Assembly: GCA_902625415.1 (NCBI GenBank)
Contig: CACOBG010000002.1
Location: 21,783-85,782, forward strand
Reading direction: 5' to 3'
Length of the DNA: 64,000 nt
Origin: an uncultured SAR86 cluster bacterium
GTDB taxonomy: Bacteria > Pseudomonadota > Gammaproteobacteria > Magnimaribacterales > AG-339-G14
Under the pieces are notes generated by a model. It made no database searches, had not been told where the DNA came from, and saw only the letters and a program-made list of their open reading frames with translations. Shown here piece by piece: positions 10,685-29,968 of this stretch. Position 1 is the stretch's first letter; each line of letters opens with the position of its first letter. The position numbers and the translations under genes were made by a program.

Positions 10685-11659
10685 ATGTCTGAATTGAAAT
10701 TCAAACTTGAATCGGACGATTCAAAAAAACTATCAATAATTTGCGGTCCAGTTAACTCTAACTTATCAAAGATAGAGGATTCTCTTTCAATTAAAATCAA
10801 AAATAGGGGCAGCTTATTTTCTCTTTCCGGTGAAGATCAAAACATTACAAAAGGTCGACTGGTCATTGAAGAGCTCTTTAGTTTCGCTGACCAATCAAAA
10901 GATATTTCTCCAAAAGAAATCCATTTCTTTATTTCCAAAGCTCTAAATCAGCCAAACGAATCAGGAAACTTTAAATTGGAGTCAAAAAGCGCTTTTTCTC
11001 TAACAACACCAAAATTAGAGGTCATTCCAAGAAACCAATCACAAGAAGATTTTATAAACGCCATTTCTTCACATGATATTTCTTTTGGCATCGGACCAGC
11101 CGGTACCGGAAAAACATATTTGGCTGTTGCGGTTGCTGTGAATTTATTTCTTCAAAGGAAAATTAATAGAATTATTTTGACTAGGCCTTTGGTAGAGGCA
11201 GGCGAGAGACTTGGCTTCTTGCCAGGTGATTTAGCTCAAAAAGTAGATCCATATTTGCAGCCACTCTATGATGCTTTGAATGAAATGCTAGGCTTTGAAA
11301 CCGTTAACAAATTCATAGAAAGAGGGAATATCGAATTGGCACCTTTGGCTTATATGAGAGGAAGAACTTTAAACGATGCTTTTTTGATTTTAGACGAAGC
11401 TCAAAACTGTACGTCGATGCAAATGAAAATGTTTTTAACAAGATTAGGCTTCAATTCCAAAGCGGTAGTTACTGGAGACGTTACTCAGATAGACCTTCCA
11501 TCCAAAAAAATGTCTGGTCTGGCAGATGCCGTAAAGATTTTAGAAGATCAAAAAGGAATCTCTTTTTTCCATTTCGCATCCAAAGATGTAGTCAGACATA
11601 ATTTAGTTCAAAGCATCATCGAAGCTTACGAAAAAAACTCAAAAAATAATGAAGATTGA
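10685..11659 (+). CDS. ybeZ: PhoH-family ATPase (YbeZ)
   Basis: GPAGTGKT P-loop, LGFLPGD, YMRGRT, DEAQN. Confidence 0.95.
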   Translation: MSELKFKLESDDSKKLSIICGPVNSNLSKIEDSLSIKIKNRGSLFSLSGEDQNITKGRLVIEELFSFADQSKDISPKEIHFFISKALNQPNESGNFKLESKSAFSLTTPKLEVIPRNQSQEDFINAISSHDISFGIGPAGTGKTYLAVAVAVNLFLQRKINRIILTRPLVEAGERLGFLPGDLAQKVDPYLQPLYDALNEMLGFETVNKFIERGNIELAPLAYMRGRTLNDAFLILDEAQNCTSMQMKMFLTRLGFNSKAVVTGDVTQIDLPSKKMSGLADAVKILEDQKGISFFHFASKDVVRHNLVQSIIEAYEKNSKNNED

Positions 11660-12110
11660 GCTAATTAACGATCACTACAAGAAAATCCCCGAGCCTTTTA
11701 AGAAAAGGGAAATAAAAAAACTTATTGACGCAGTCTTAAAGAAAATTGGTTCAGAGGAACTTGAAAACGGTCAAATCAATATCAAATATACATCAGAAGC
11801 GGAAATAAAAATGTTGAATGAGAAGTTTTATAACAAAGCAGGCGTAACAAATGTTTTGGCTTTTACCAATAATCAAGAAACTCCTGAAAGTAATGATAAG
11901 TTAATTGGTGAGATTGCCATATGTATAAGTCAAATTGAAAAAGAAGCAAAAATGTATAAAAAAGCTGTTGAGACAAGACTGAAACATATGATTGTCCATG
12001 GCGTTTTACATCTTTTCGGCTTTGATCATCAAAAAAAAGGTGAACAAATTGAGATGGAACAAGTAGAAGATGATATTATCACTAGCTGTCTTGGCGAGAG
12101 ACCTTACTAA
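11649..12110 (+). CDS. ybeY: rRNA maturation endoribonuclease YbeY
   Basis: HMIVHGVLHLFGFDH metal-binding motif; operon context. Confidence 0.93.
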   Translation: MKIELINDHYKKIPEPFKKREIKKLIDAVLKKIGSEELENGQINIKYTSEAEIKMLNEKFYNKAGVTNVLAFTNNQETPESNDKLIGEIAICISQIEKEAKMYKKAVETRLKHMIVHGVLHLFGFDHQKKGEQIEMEQVEDDIITSCLGERPY

Positions 12111-12113
12111 ATA

Positions 12114-13016
12114 ATGAAAGAAGAACCTCCAAGTATAACTGCCCAACCGGAAAAGTTGGGCTTGATACAACGCATTAAAAGTTTTTTTAGAGATTTCCAC
12201 ATCAGGATTTCCTTTAAACCATCGAATCAAGAAGAGTTAACCTCTGTTTTAAGGGACGCAGAGGAAAATAATCTTATTGATAAGGACGTTTTGGATATGA
12301 TGGAAGAAACCATTGATTTTTCTTCTACTCCAGTAAAGGAAGTGATGGTGCCAAAAACTCAAGTTATATCCATCAAAGAAACCGAAGGTTTAGCTGAATT
12401 TTTACCACGAATTCTTGAATCAGCTCACTCAAGATTTCCAGTTTTTGATGAGCCCCAAGAAAAAATAAAAGGTATTTTGTTGGCAAAAGATTTATTGAAA
12501 TTTGGTCCTGGTCTATTGGGACAAGACGAGAATATAAATTTTGATTTGTCTCAGATTTTAAGACCAATTAATTTCATTCCTGAAAGTAAGAAAATCAACA
12601 TCCTTTTGGAGGAATTCAAAACAAATAGAAGTCACATGGCTGCGGTTGTTGATGAGTTTGGTGAAATCAGCGGGATTGTTACTATTGAAGATGTTCTAGA
12701 AGAAATTGTCGGAGAAATTGTTGACGAAACTGATATCAGTGAATCAGAAGATATTATTCAATTAACCGAAAATGAGTTTAATGTCTCAGCCTTAACTGAG
12801 ATTGAAACTTTCAATGATCGCTTTTCTTCAAGTTTTGAGGCAACAGACTTTGATACGATCGGTGGAATTGTCTTAAATGCTTTTGGTAAAATTCCTTTGG
12901 TGAATGACTCAATTGAGATACAAAATTTTCACTTTACTGTTTTAGCAGCAAATAAAAGACAAATTTTAAAATTGAGAATTAAAGTTTTAGAAACTGATTC
13001 TGAAGAACTTAACTAA
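12114..13016 (+). CDS. corC: CBS/CorC-HlyC domain Mg/Co transport-associated protein
   Basis: HSRFPV, CBS pair, VVDEFG..GIVTIEDVLEEIVGEI, DTIGG. Confidence 0.92.
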   Translation: MKEEPPSITAQPEKLGLIQRIKSFFRDFHIRISFKPSNQEELTSVLRDAEENNLIDKDVLDMMEETIDFSSTPVKEVMVPKTQVISIKETEGLAEFLPRILESAHSRFPVFDEPQEKIKGILLAKDLLKFGPGLLGQDENINFDLSQILRPINFIPESKKINILLEEFKTNRSHMAAVVDEFGEISGIVTIEDVLEEIVGEIVDETDISESEDIIQLTENEFNVSALTEIETFNDRFSSSFEATDFDTIGGIVLNAFGKIPLVNDSIEIQNFHFTVLAANKRQILKLRIKVLETDSEELN

Positions 13017-13911
13017 AATTCTCCTTGAGAATTTTTTTTAGCTCTGACACAAGCAATTCAACATCTTGAATGCCGCCATAATTAGGCCTTATGACTATGG
13101 CTATTTCTCTATGAGGGCCAGACTCATTGAGATGTAAATTTTTAAGGTCTGGATTGCCTACCATCAACTGACTAATGGCCATTTTTGGTACCAGGGTACT
13201 ACCCATGCCGCTTTTTACAAACTGGACTAATGTATTTAAGGAAGAGGCTTTGAAAGAAATATTACTTGCCTGTTTCGTCATTTTGCATGCTGCAAGTATA
13301 TGATCTTTTAGACAATGTCCTTCCTCTAGTAACAGTAATTCAGATCGATCTAGTTCACTGGCTTTTATCTCTTTAACCTTAGAGCGAGGATCATCTTTCT
13401 TTGTAATCCAAAAAAAGTCTTCTGCCCAAATTTTTATAGGTATCAAACCTTTAAGTTTGAAGGGTAAGGCAAGAATAGCCATATCCAAATCTCCTTTTTT
13501 GACTTTATCAATTAGCTCATTTGATTGACCTTCGGAGATGTTTAAATTTAATTTAGGAAACTTAGAGCTTAAAGACTTTATGGCAAATGGCATTAAGAAG
13601 GGGCTGATGGTCGGTATAACTCCAAGAGATATAGGGTGTGAAAGCGGTTGTGAATTGTTTTCAGAAATTTTTTGAATGTCTTCCAACTGCAACTTAATAT
13701 TTTTATATTTCTTTAAAATTTTTTCACCTAGTTTAGTAACAATTACTTTCTTATTATTTCTCTCAAAAATTTCAAAACCCAGTTGGTTTTCCATTTCTGA
13801 TATAGCATTACTCAAAGTGGAAGCCGAGACATAACACTTATCCGCGGCATTTTTAAAATGCAACTCTTTTTCTACCGCTAAGGCATAATTTATTTGTTTA
13901 ACGCTAATCAT
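13009..13911 (-). CDS. oxyR: LysR-family peroxide sensor OxyR
   Basis: N-terminal LysR HTH; LEEGHCLKDHILAAC has both redox Cys 9 apart (C199/C208 equivalents); divergent from katG. Confidence 0.85.
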   Translation of the reverse strand: MISVKQINYALAVEKELHFKNAADKCYVSASTLSNAISEMENQLGFEIFERNNKKVIVTKLGEKILKKYKNIKLQLEDIQKISENNSQPLSHPISLGVIPTISPFLMPFAIKSLSSKFPKLNLNISEGQSNELIDKVKKGDLDMAILALPFKLKGLIPIKIWAEDFFWITKKDDPRSKVKEIKASELDRSELLLLEEGHCLKDHILAACKMTKQASNISFKASSLNTLVQFVKSGMGSTLVPKMAISQLMVGNPDLKNLHLNESGPHREIAIVIRPNYGGIQDVELLVSELKKILKENFS

Positions 13912-13916
13912 TTATA

Positions 13917-13931
13917 TTCGATTTTTTCGAA
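13917..13931. promoter_or_regulatory. Palindrome TTCG-N7-CGAA just upstream of oxyR; candidate LysR/OxyR site
   Basis: TTCGATTTTTTCGAA contains the T-N11-A LysR core and has the 4-7-4 geometry of OxyR half-sites. Confidence 0.45.
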
Positions 13932-13954
13932 CATTAAATAAGAAATATTCATAT

Positions 13955-13984
13955 TTTACAATACATAAAAATATAGTTTAAAAT
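13955..13984 (+). promoter_or_regulatory. Putative sigma70 promoter of katG
   Basis: TTTACA(13955-60)-18 nt-TAAAAT(13979-84); SD GAGGTG precedes the katG ATG. Confidence 0.4.
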
Positions 13985-14019
13985 TAAAATAGTTTTGTTT
14001 TTTATATGAGGTGAAATAA

Positions 14020-16163
<2,144 letters not shown>

Positions 16164-16194
16164 CTCTAGGTCGAAAGTTCTTCTTGGCTTTTAA

Positions 16195-17503
<1,309 letters not shown>

Positions 17504-17504
<1 letters not shown>

Positions 17505-18859
17505 TAACTATCCAGATAACTGCTGATCTCATAAATATCTGCTGGCGATAAAATTCCTGAAGCTAATTTCAGTTCTAGAGTACTAATGATGTAATCATAC
17601 TTAGCAGCAATGAGATCTCTTTGTGCTGAAAAATAGTTTTTTTCTGCATTTAATAAATCAACAATATTTCGGGTGTTTTCTTCATAACCTACCATTGTTG
17701 CTTTGAGCGCAAAATTTGAGGATTTCAAGGAAGCTTTCCTAGCATTCACATTGGCTAAATTTGTTAATACCGAAGTAAATTTTGTTTTTACATCTCTGAT
17801 TACAAATCTTTCAGTAAGAAGTTCTTGCTGATCTGCTTGCTCTGCTAAAGCTTTAGCTTCTCTTCTTTCTGCATGCAACAAACCACCTGTGACAATTGGC
17901 CAATTGAATTCCAAACTATATCTAGTTTGCTCCACCCCATTTGGACCATAAGTTACTGGAGGATTGGTTGCAGGATTAAAGTCGACGATACCCCTCGAAT
18001 TATTTTGAGTGATGCTGGCAACTAAATCTATATCAGGAAAATGAGAAGCTAGTTTTGCCTGAGAATTTTTCTTTGCTGCTGTTGCATTTAACTTAGAAGC
18101 TTTGAGGGTAAAACTATTTGCCATAGCCAATTCAGCCCACTGATCTTGTTCTATTGGGTCAGGTTTGCTTACAGGAAAATCATCATTTAAATCTTTAATA
18201 TCAGGAGCATCTCCAATGATTGAAATCATTGCCTCTCTAGCAAATTCAAGTTGTCCCTCGGAAGCAATTTTTGAAACCTTTGCCAAATCGTAAAAAGCTT
18301 GAGCCTCTTGAAATTCAGATTTAGAAGAGACACCTTCTTCGTAAAGTCGTTTGGTTCGATCTCTTTGTTTTTTAATAGATTGTTCTTCCAATCTCGCAAC
18401 TTCAAGATTTTTTTTAGCTTTGAGAAGATTGAAATAAACGTTAGATATCCTAATAATTGTTTCTTGTTGTGAAAGTGCAAATTTTGCCTCAGCAGCTTCA
18501 CCTAGTGCTTTACCTTGAGAAAATTGAAACCAAGTATCAACTCTAAAAATTGGCTGAATCAAATTAGCCGAATAATAATTAGAGTTGCTTCCTTGGGTAT
18601 CAGTGAATAAAGCAGCATTCGATTCTGTATTTTTATTTTCATTCCAAGTAGTTCCTGCTCGTATTGAAAATTTGGGCAACAAGCCTGACATAGCTTTATT
18701 TTTTATTTCTTTGTCGGCGTTAAACGTTGCTTCATCAATCTTGAGCTGTGGATCATTTGTCAAAGCAAGTTCGTAAACATCTGCCAATGTCGCAGAAAAA
18801 TTTAGGGAGCTTAATGCAAAAAGAAAAAAAGTTACGAGAAATGATGAAAATTTTTCCAA
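17504..18859 (-). CDS. tolC: TolC-family outer-membrane channel
   Basis: LADVYELALTNDP, RNIVDLLNAE, AKYDYI. Start re-assigned to TTG at 18859 (GAGGAG SD, then signal peptide); the ORF-track extension overlaps thiC. Confidence 0.88.
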
Positions 18860-18944
18860 AAGAGGCTCCTCATGAGTTAAATTATAAAAATAAGTCTCAT
18901 AATAATTTTTTGTTAGCTCTTTTTCCATTAAAATAAAAAAATAA

Positions 18945-25300
<6,356 letters not shown>

Positions 25301-26494
25301 TTACTTAAAGGCTTTGACAGCCTTTTCAAATCTTTTAAAACCTTCTTCAATCTCTTTGTCTGAAATAATTAATGAAGGGGCAATCCTAATTGTATTTTCT
25401 CCAGCCGCTTGAACCAATATCAATCCTTTTTTATAACAGGCGTCAATAAAGTCTTTCGCTTTTATTTTTTTAAAATCACAACAAATCCATAGGCCCGCTG
25501 ATCTTACATCTTCAAATAAATCAAACTTTTCTGATAATTTATTTAATTGTTCGTGAAAAATGAATGTTTTTTTCATTACACCTTTTAAAACTTTTTGTGA
25601 AGAGACTATTTCTACAACTTTTTTTGCAACTTCGCAGGCAAGTGGATTTCCTCCAAAGGTACTGCCATGAGTGCCTGGTTGAAAAGCTTTTGCAATCTTG
25701 CTAGTCGTTAAAGTTGCCCCGATCGGAATTCCGCCACCAAGGCCTTTTGCTAGGGTAGAAATATCAGGCTTAACGCCATAACCCATGTAAGCCATTAACG
25801 TTCCTGTTCTGCCTATGCCGCTTTGTACTTCGTCAAATATCAAAAGACAATCTTTTTCATTGGCTAATTTTCTGAGACCCTCTAAAAAAGGATTTTTTGC
25901 TCTGATAATTCCTGACTCTCCCAGAATAGGTTCCACAAAAATAGCAGCAGTTTTTTTGGTTATAGCTTTTTTGACAGAGTTAAGATCATTAAATCTTGCT
26001 CTTTTGAATCCCTTTAAAAGCGGGCCAAATCCTGTCTTTTGAAATTTTGAATCACCGGCGGTTATATTCAACATTGATCTACCATGAAAAGCATTCGTAA
26101 AAACTATGATTTCGTGTTTTTCGGGCTTGCCTTGGTCAAAATAATATTTTCTCGCCAATTTAATTGCTGCTTCGTTTGCTTCGTTTCCAGAATTAGAAAA
26201 AAATACTTTGTCAGCAAAAGTTTTTTCAGCAAGCATTCTGCTTAGCTCTAAAGCTGGCTTGTTGTACAAATAATTACTCACATGCCAAAGTTTTGAAGAT
26301 TGTTCTTTCAAAACTTTAATTAGCTGGGGATGAGAATGACCTAGAGAAGTAACAGCAATGCCTCCCCCAAAATCTATGTAATCCTTTCCTTGCTCGTCCC
26401 AAATAACCGATTTTTTTCCTTTGACAGGAATGAATGATGCAGGAGCATAATTCGGCATCAAGGAAGTTCTATTTATAGAATTTATCTTTTTCAT
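25301..26494 (-). CDS. argD: Acetyl/succinylornithine aminotransferase (class III PLP)
   Basis: NSGNEANEAAIKLAR, FHGRS, DEVQSGIGRTG, LAKGLGGG, STFGGNPLA. Confidence 0.88.
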   Translation of the reverse strand: MKKINSINRTSLMPNYAPASFIPVKGKKSVIWDEQGKDYIDFGGGIAVTSLGHSHPQLIKVLKEQSSKLWHVSNYLYNKPALELSRMLAEKTFADKVFFSNSGNEANEAAIKLARKYYFDQGKPEKHEIIVFTNAFHGRSMLNITAGDSKFQKTGFGPLLKGFKRARFNDLNSVKKAITKKTAAIFVEPILGESGIIRAKNPFLEGLRKLANEKDCLLIFDEVQSGIGRTGTLMAYMGYGVKPDISTLAKGLGGGIPIGATLTTSKIAKAFQPGTHGSTFGGNPLACEVAKKVVEIVSSQKVLKGVMKKTFIFHEQLNKLSEKFDLFEDVRSAGLWICCDFKKIKAKDFIDACYKKGLILVQAAGENTIRIAPSLIISDKEIEEGFKRFEKAVKAFK

Positions 26495-26561
26495 CTTTTG
26501 CTATTGCAAGATCAAAATATCATAATCTACGCTTATTTTTTCATAAAAAAATATTTTATTA

Positions 26562-27044
26562 ATGGTTATAACTGAACAATTAGATAATGGATATAGATTA
26601 TCTTTAATGCCAAATAGTTCAATTTCTTGGCAGGGCAGTCTTCTATTTTTAGGCCTAATTTCCTTTCCAATAACTATCATTGGACTTACCTTCTTTTTTT
26701 ATGGCGCTCCGATTATTCTTCCCTTCGCAGGGTTAGAAATCTTAATCGTAGGCACTGCTTTATATGTCGTATTTAAGAAAAGTTCAAAGAAAGAAATAAT
26801 TACGCTTACAAAGGAAAAATTGACTATTGAAAAGGGTCTTTTTCGACCAAATTCTGTTTCGGAGTTTATTCGAGAGTGGTCATATGTTTTTGTTGAAAAA
26901 CCTTCTCATCATTGGTATCCAATAAAAATTGTAATTTCTTCTAAGGGAGAGAAAATTCCTGTAGGTAATTTTTTAACAGAGGAAGAAAAAAAAGAATTCG
27001 TTAGCAGTTTGGAAGAAATAATCAGTGAATATCGAGCAAACTAG
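26562..27044 (+). CDS. DUF2244-like membrane protein
   Basis: L.PN.S N-terminus, two TM helices with PFAGLE, C-terminal VGNFLTEEEK. Confidence 0.7.
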   Translation: MVITEQLDNGYRLSLMPNSSISWQGSLLFLGLISFPITIIGLTFFFYGAPIILPFAGLEILIVGTALYVVFKKSSKKEIITLTKEKLTIEKGLFRPNSVSEFIREWSYVFVEKPSHHWYPIKIVISSKGEKIPVGNFLTEEEKKEFVSSLEEIISEYRAN

Positions 27045-27045
27045 A

Positions 27046-28212
27046 TTACTTAGCCCTCTGGTTAAAACGTCTACCAATCATTGCTGAAGCAATATTTACC
27101 TTTTGGACATCAATTGTTCCGCCAGCTATTCCCCAACCAAAAGAATCTCTGACGCGTCTTTCCATTTTGTATTCTTTATTGAATCCATAACCGCCCATGA
27201 GTTGCATTGCATTGGTAGTGACTTCTCTTGAGATTTCATTGGCAAAACATTTTGCAGTACTTGATTCCAATATATCAGGTAAACCGTTGGCGGCATTGAA
27301 AACTGCACGATGAATCAAAAGTCTAGACGCTTCTACTCGGATTAGCATGTCAGCAAGTTTGATTTGCACTGCTTGAAAATCAACCAATTGCTTACCAAAT
27401 TGCTCCCTCTCTTGGACGTATTCTTTGACATAGTCTAAAGCTGCTGCTGCTTGAGATAGAGCCATTGTCGCGTTCCCACATCTTTCTAAATCAAAGGTTT
27501 CCATTAATTTTTTGAACCCATCTTCAGGCTCAACCAATAAATTATCAATTGGAACCTCTACGTTATCGAAGTAAATATCTGCTGATGGTATTCCACGCCA
27601 ACCCATCAGGCTCTCACTATTTCCGAAAGTCAGCCCAGGTGTATCGATATCAACAAAAACAGCGCCAATACCTTTTGCAGCAGGAGCATCAGACATTCGG
27701 GCATAAACTACATAGCCATCAGAATGACCAGCACCTGAACACCAACGTTTAGTTCCATTGATTATGATTTTGTCTCCTTTGATCTCAGCTTTGGTTTTTA
27801 AATCAGTCAAACCGGTTCCTGCATTTGGTTCTGACATACTTACAGCTACCACCATCTCACCTTTGCAAACTTTGGGAATCACTCTTTTCTTTAGTGCATC
27901 TGAACCAAAATGCTCAATGACTTTTACAGGACCTGCATTTGCTTCAAACACTGGCCAACCTACTGCAGAAGATATCTTTCCAAATTCTTCAAGAACTATA
28001 ATGGCATCAAGATTAGAAAGACCCAGTCCACCATATTCTGTTGGTGTATTTATTCCTAAAAAGCCCAATTCACCAATTTTTTTCAGCACGTCCTTTGGCA
28101 CAGGGTTTGCTGATTCTTCCATTTCATCAGCCAATGCTGTTAATTCTTTTTGAGCAAAATCTCTTGCGACTTTTTGCAACTCTAATTGTTCTGCAGTTAA
28201 TTTAAAATCCAT
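27046..28212 (-). CDS. Acyl-CoA dehydrogenase
   Basis: SEPNAGT, INGTKRW, MGWRG, DLER, REQFG, QLMGGYG; start set at MDFKL (28212). Confidence 0.93.
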   Translation of the reverse strand: MDFKLTAEQLELQKVARDFAQKELTALADEMEESANPVPKDVLKKIGELGFLGINTPTEYGGLGLSNLDAIIVLEEFGKISSAVGWPVFEANAGPVKVIEHFGSDALKKRVIPKVCKGEMVVAVSMSEPNAGTGLTDLKTKAEIKGDKIIINGTKRWCSGAGHSDGYVVYARMSDAPAAKGIGAVFVDIDTPGLTFGNSESLMGWRGIPSADIYFDNVEVPIDNLLVEPEDGFKKLMETFDLERCGNATMALSQAAAALDYVKEYVQEREQFGKQLVDFQAVQIKLADMLIRVEASRLLIHRAVFNAANGLPDILESSTAKCFANEISREVTTNAMQLMGGYGFNKEYKMERRVRDSFGWGIAGGTIDVQKVNIASAMIGRRFNQRAK

Positions 28213-28253
28213 AATGAAAGGATAATTATACACATTGAGTTAAAATCATCATC

Positions 28254-28670
28254 ATGACGGCAAAAAAATTTTCTACCCCTAAAGGTTACGAAATTCTTAA
28301 TCAAACCGAAGAGCATATTGCGAATATTGGCCAAGGTTTTTACAAAAGAAATAAAGCAGGAGATTTGATAATGGCTTTTTGGGTAAGACCTGAAAACGGA
28401 AATTCTGGTGGAGTTGCTCATGGGGGAATGTTGATGAGTATTGCAGATTACTGTTTGTGCTCTGTTGCGATGGAATCAAAAGAAAATTACGCAGCAACCA
28501 TAAGTTTTAGATCGGAATTTGTAGCTCCTGCAAAGGTCGGCTCCTTGGTAGAAATATTTACTACTACTACCAAAGAGACAAGAAGTCTTGCTTTTGGACA
28601 AGGCTACATTGAATGTGAAGGGGAAATTGTTTTTAGTTTTTCTGGAACTGTAAAAAAGATAAAGAAATAA
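28254..28670 (+). CDS. PaaI-family hotdog-fold thioesterase
   Basis: NGNSGGVAHGGMLMSIAD motif; divergent from the ACAD. Confidence 0.85.
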   Translation: MTAKKFSTPKGYEILNQTEEHIANIGQGFYKRNKAGDLIMAFWVRPENGNSGGVAHGGMLMSIADYCLCSVAMESKENYAATISFRSEFVAPAKVGSLVEIFTTTTKETRSLAFGQGYIECEGEIVFSFSGTVKKIKK

Positions 28671-28671
28671 G

Positions 28672-29916
28672 CTAACTTAATTTCTTTTTTACTTTTATCT
28701 TTTTTAGTTCAGCAATATCAGGAAGGCCATTTACATATTTTATTGGTGCTTCTCCTTTTATAAGAGGACTTAAATATGTTTTTCCTGCTTGAGTAATTTC
28801 AAAACCATTTTTAGAAATAAATTTTTTAGGCATATTTTTTTCAATATTAGCCACATCTCTTAGAGGCGCAGTTGCTATTTTCCATTTATAAGGTGAATCA
28901 CTTGTTCTTTTAATAATCGGCATTAAAGCTGTCTTACCAGAAATAGCTAGTTTCACCGCATGTTCGCCTACAGCATAAGCCTGATCTAGATCGGTTTTTG
29001 ATGCTATGTGTCTTGCTGAGCGCTGTAAATAATCTGCTACTGCCCAGTGATTTTTTAATCCAATCTTTGAAATCATTCCAGCTAAAACAGGCGCCACTCC
29101 TCCAAGCTGTTTGTGACCAAAAGCATCCGTTAACCCTGAGTCTGCTAAAAACTTCCCATTTTTTGTTTGAGTACCTTCTGAAGCGACAATGACACAATAG
29201 CCTTGCTCTTTAACGGTATGTTTGACCTGAGTAATAAATTTAGTTTTCTCAAAAGGCACTTCAGGAAGCAAAATAATGTGAGGTGGATCACCTGCTTTAG
29301 TTGCAGCTAAACAGGATGCTGCAGCAATCCATCCTGCATGTCTTCCCATGACTTCCAAGATGAAGACTTTCGTTGATGTTTCAGCCATACTTTTGACGTC
29401 AAGCCCAGCTTCTAAAGTTGAGGTAGCAATGTATTTTGCAACTGAACCGAAGCCTGGTGAGCAGTCTGTATAAGGCAAATCATTATCAACTGTTTTTGGT
29501 ATACCAACACATTTCAATGGAAACTTTAGTTTTTTTGCCATTTCAGATACCTTAAAAGTAGTATCTTGACTGTCTCCTCCCCCGTTATAAAAAAAATATT
29601 CAATATCATGCGCAGCAAAAACTTCAAACAATCTTTCATATTCTTTCTTTTGCTTTATTGGATCCTGTAATTTAAATCTACAAGAACCAAATGCTCCACC
29701 GGGAGTTTGTTTCAGTTTTGCAATATTCGATTTAGTTTCTTTTGAAGTATCTATAAGTTCTTCATTTAAAGCACCAAGGATGCCATTCTCCCCAGCTAGC
29801 ACCTTGTGAATTTTTTTTGATTTATTTACAGTCTCAATGACACCACATGCAGATGCATTTATTACAGCTGTTACTCCGCCTGATTGAGCATAGAAGGCGT
29901 TTTTAACTTTTGTCAT
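28672..29916 (-). CDS. pfp: 6-phosphofructokinase, predicted PPi-dependent
   Basis: QSGG, GGGDS, PKTVDND, EVMGRHAGW; Asp and Lys at the two donor-specificity positions. Confidence 0.85.
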   Translation of the reverse strand: MTKVKNAFYAQSGGVTAVINASACGVIETVNKSKKIHKVLAGENGILGALNEELIDTSKETKSNIAKLKQTPGGAFGSCRFKLQDPIKQKKEYERLFEVFAAHDIEYFFYNGGGDSQDTTFKVSEMAKKLKFPLKCVGIPKTVDNDLPYTDCSPGFGSVAKYIATSTLEAGLDVKSMAETSTKVFILEVMGRHAGWIAAASCLAATKAGDPPHIILLPEVPFEKTKFITQVKHTVKEQGYCVIVASEGTQTKNGKFLADSGLTDAFGHKQLGGVAPVLAGMISKIGLKNHWAVADYLQRSARHIASKTDLDQAYAVGEHAVKLAISGKTALMPIIKRTSDSPYKWKIATAPLRDVANIEKNMPKKFISKNGFEITQAGKTYLSPLIKGEAPIKYVNGLPDIAELKKIKVKKKLS

Positions 29917-29922
29917 TGAGGC

Positions 29923-29928
29923 AATATA
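29923..29928 (-). promoter_or_regulatory. -10 TATATT, 6 nt before the PFK ATG (putative leaderless start)
   Basis: Minus strand TATATT-gcctca-ATG. Confidence 0.45.
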
Positions 29929-29956
29929 ACTGAAAAAAGGTTTTGTGGGAAAAGGA

Positions 29957-29962
29957 TATAAT
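29957..29962 (+). promoter_or_regulatory. Perfect -10 TATAAT, 6 nt before mpl ATG (putative leaderless start)
   Basis: TATAAT-caccag-ATG(29969). Confidence 0.6.
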
Positions 29963-29968
29963 CACCAG

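Noticed and set aside
26562-27044. DUF2244-like gene away from cytochrome oxidase genes
   Set aside because: Simple relocation is sufficient; nothing in the sequence suggests a new role
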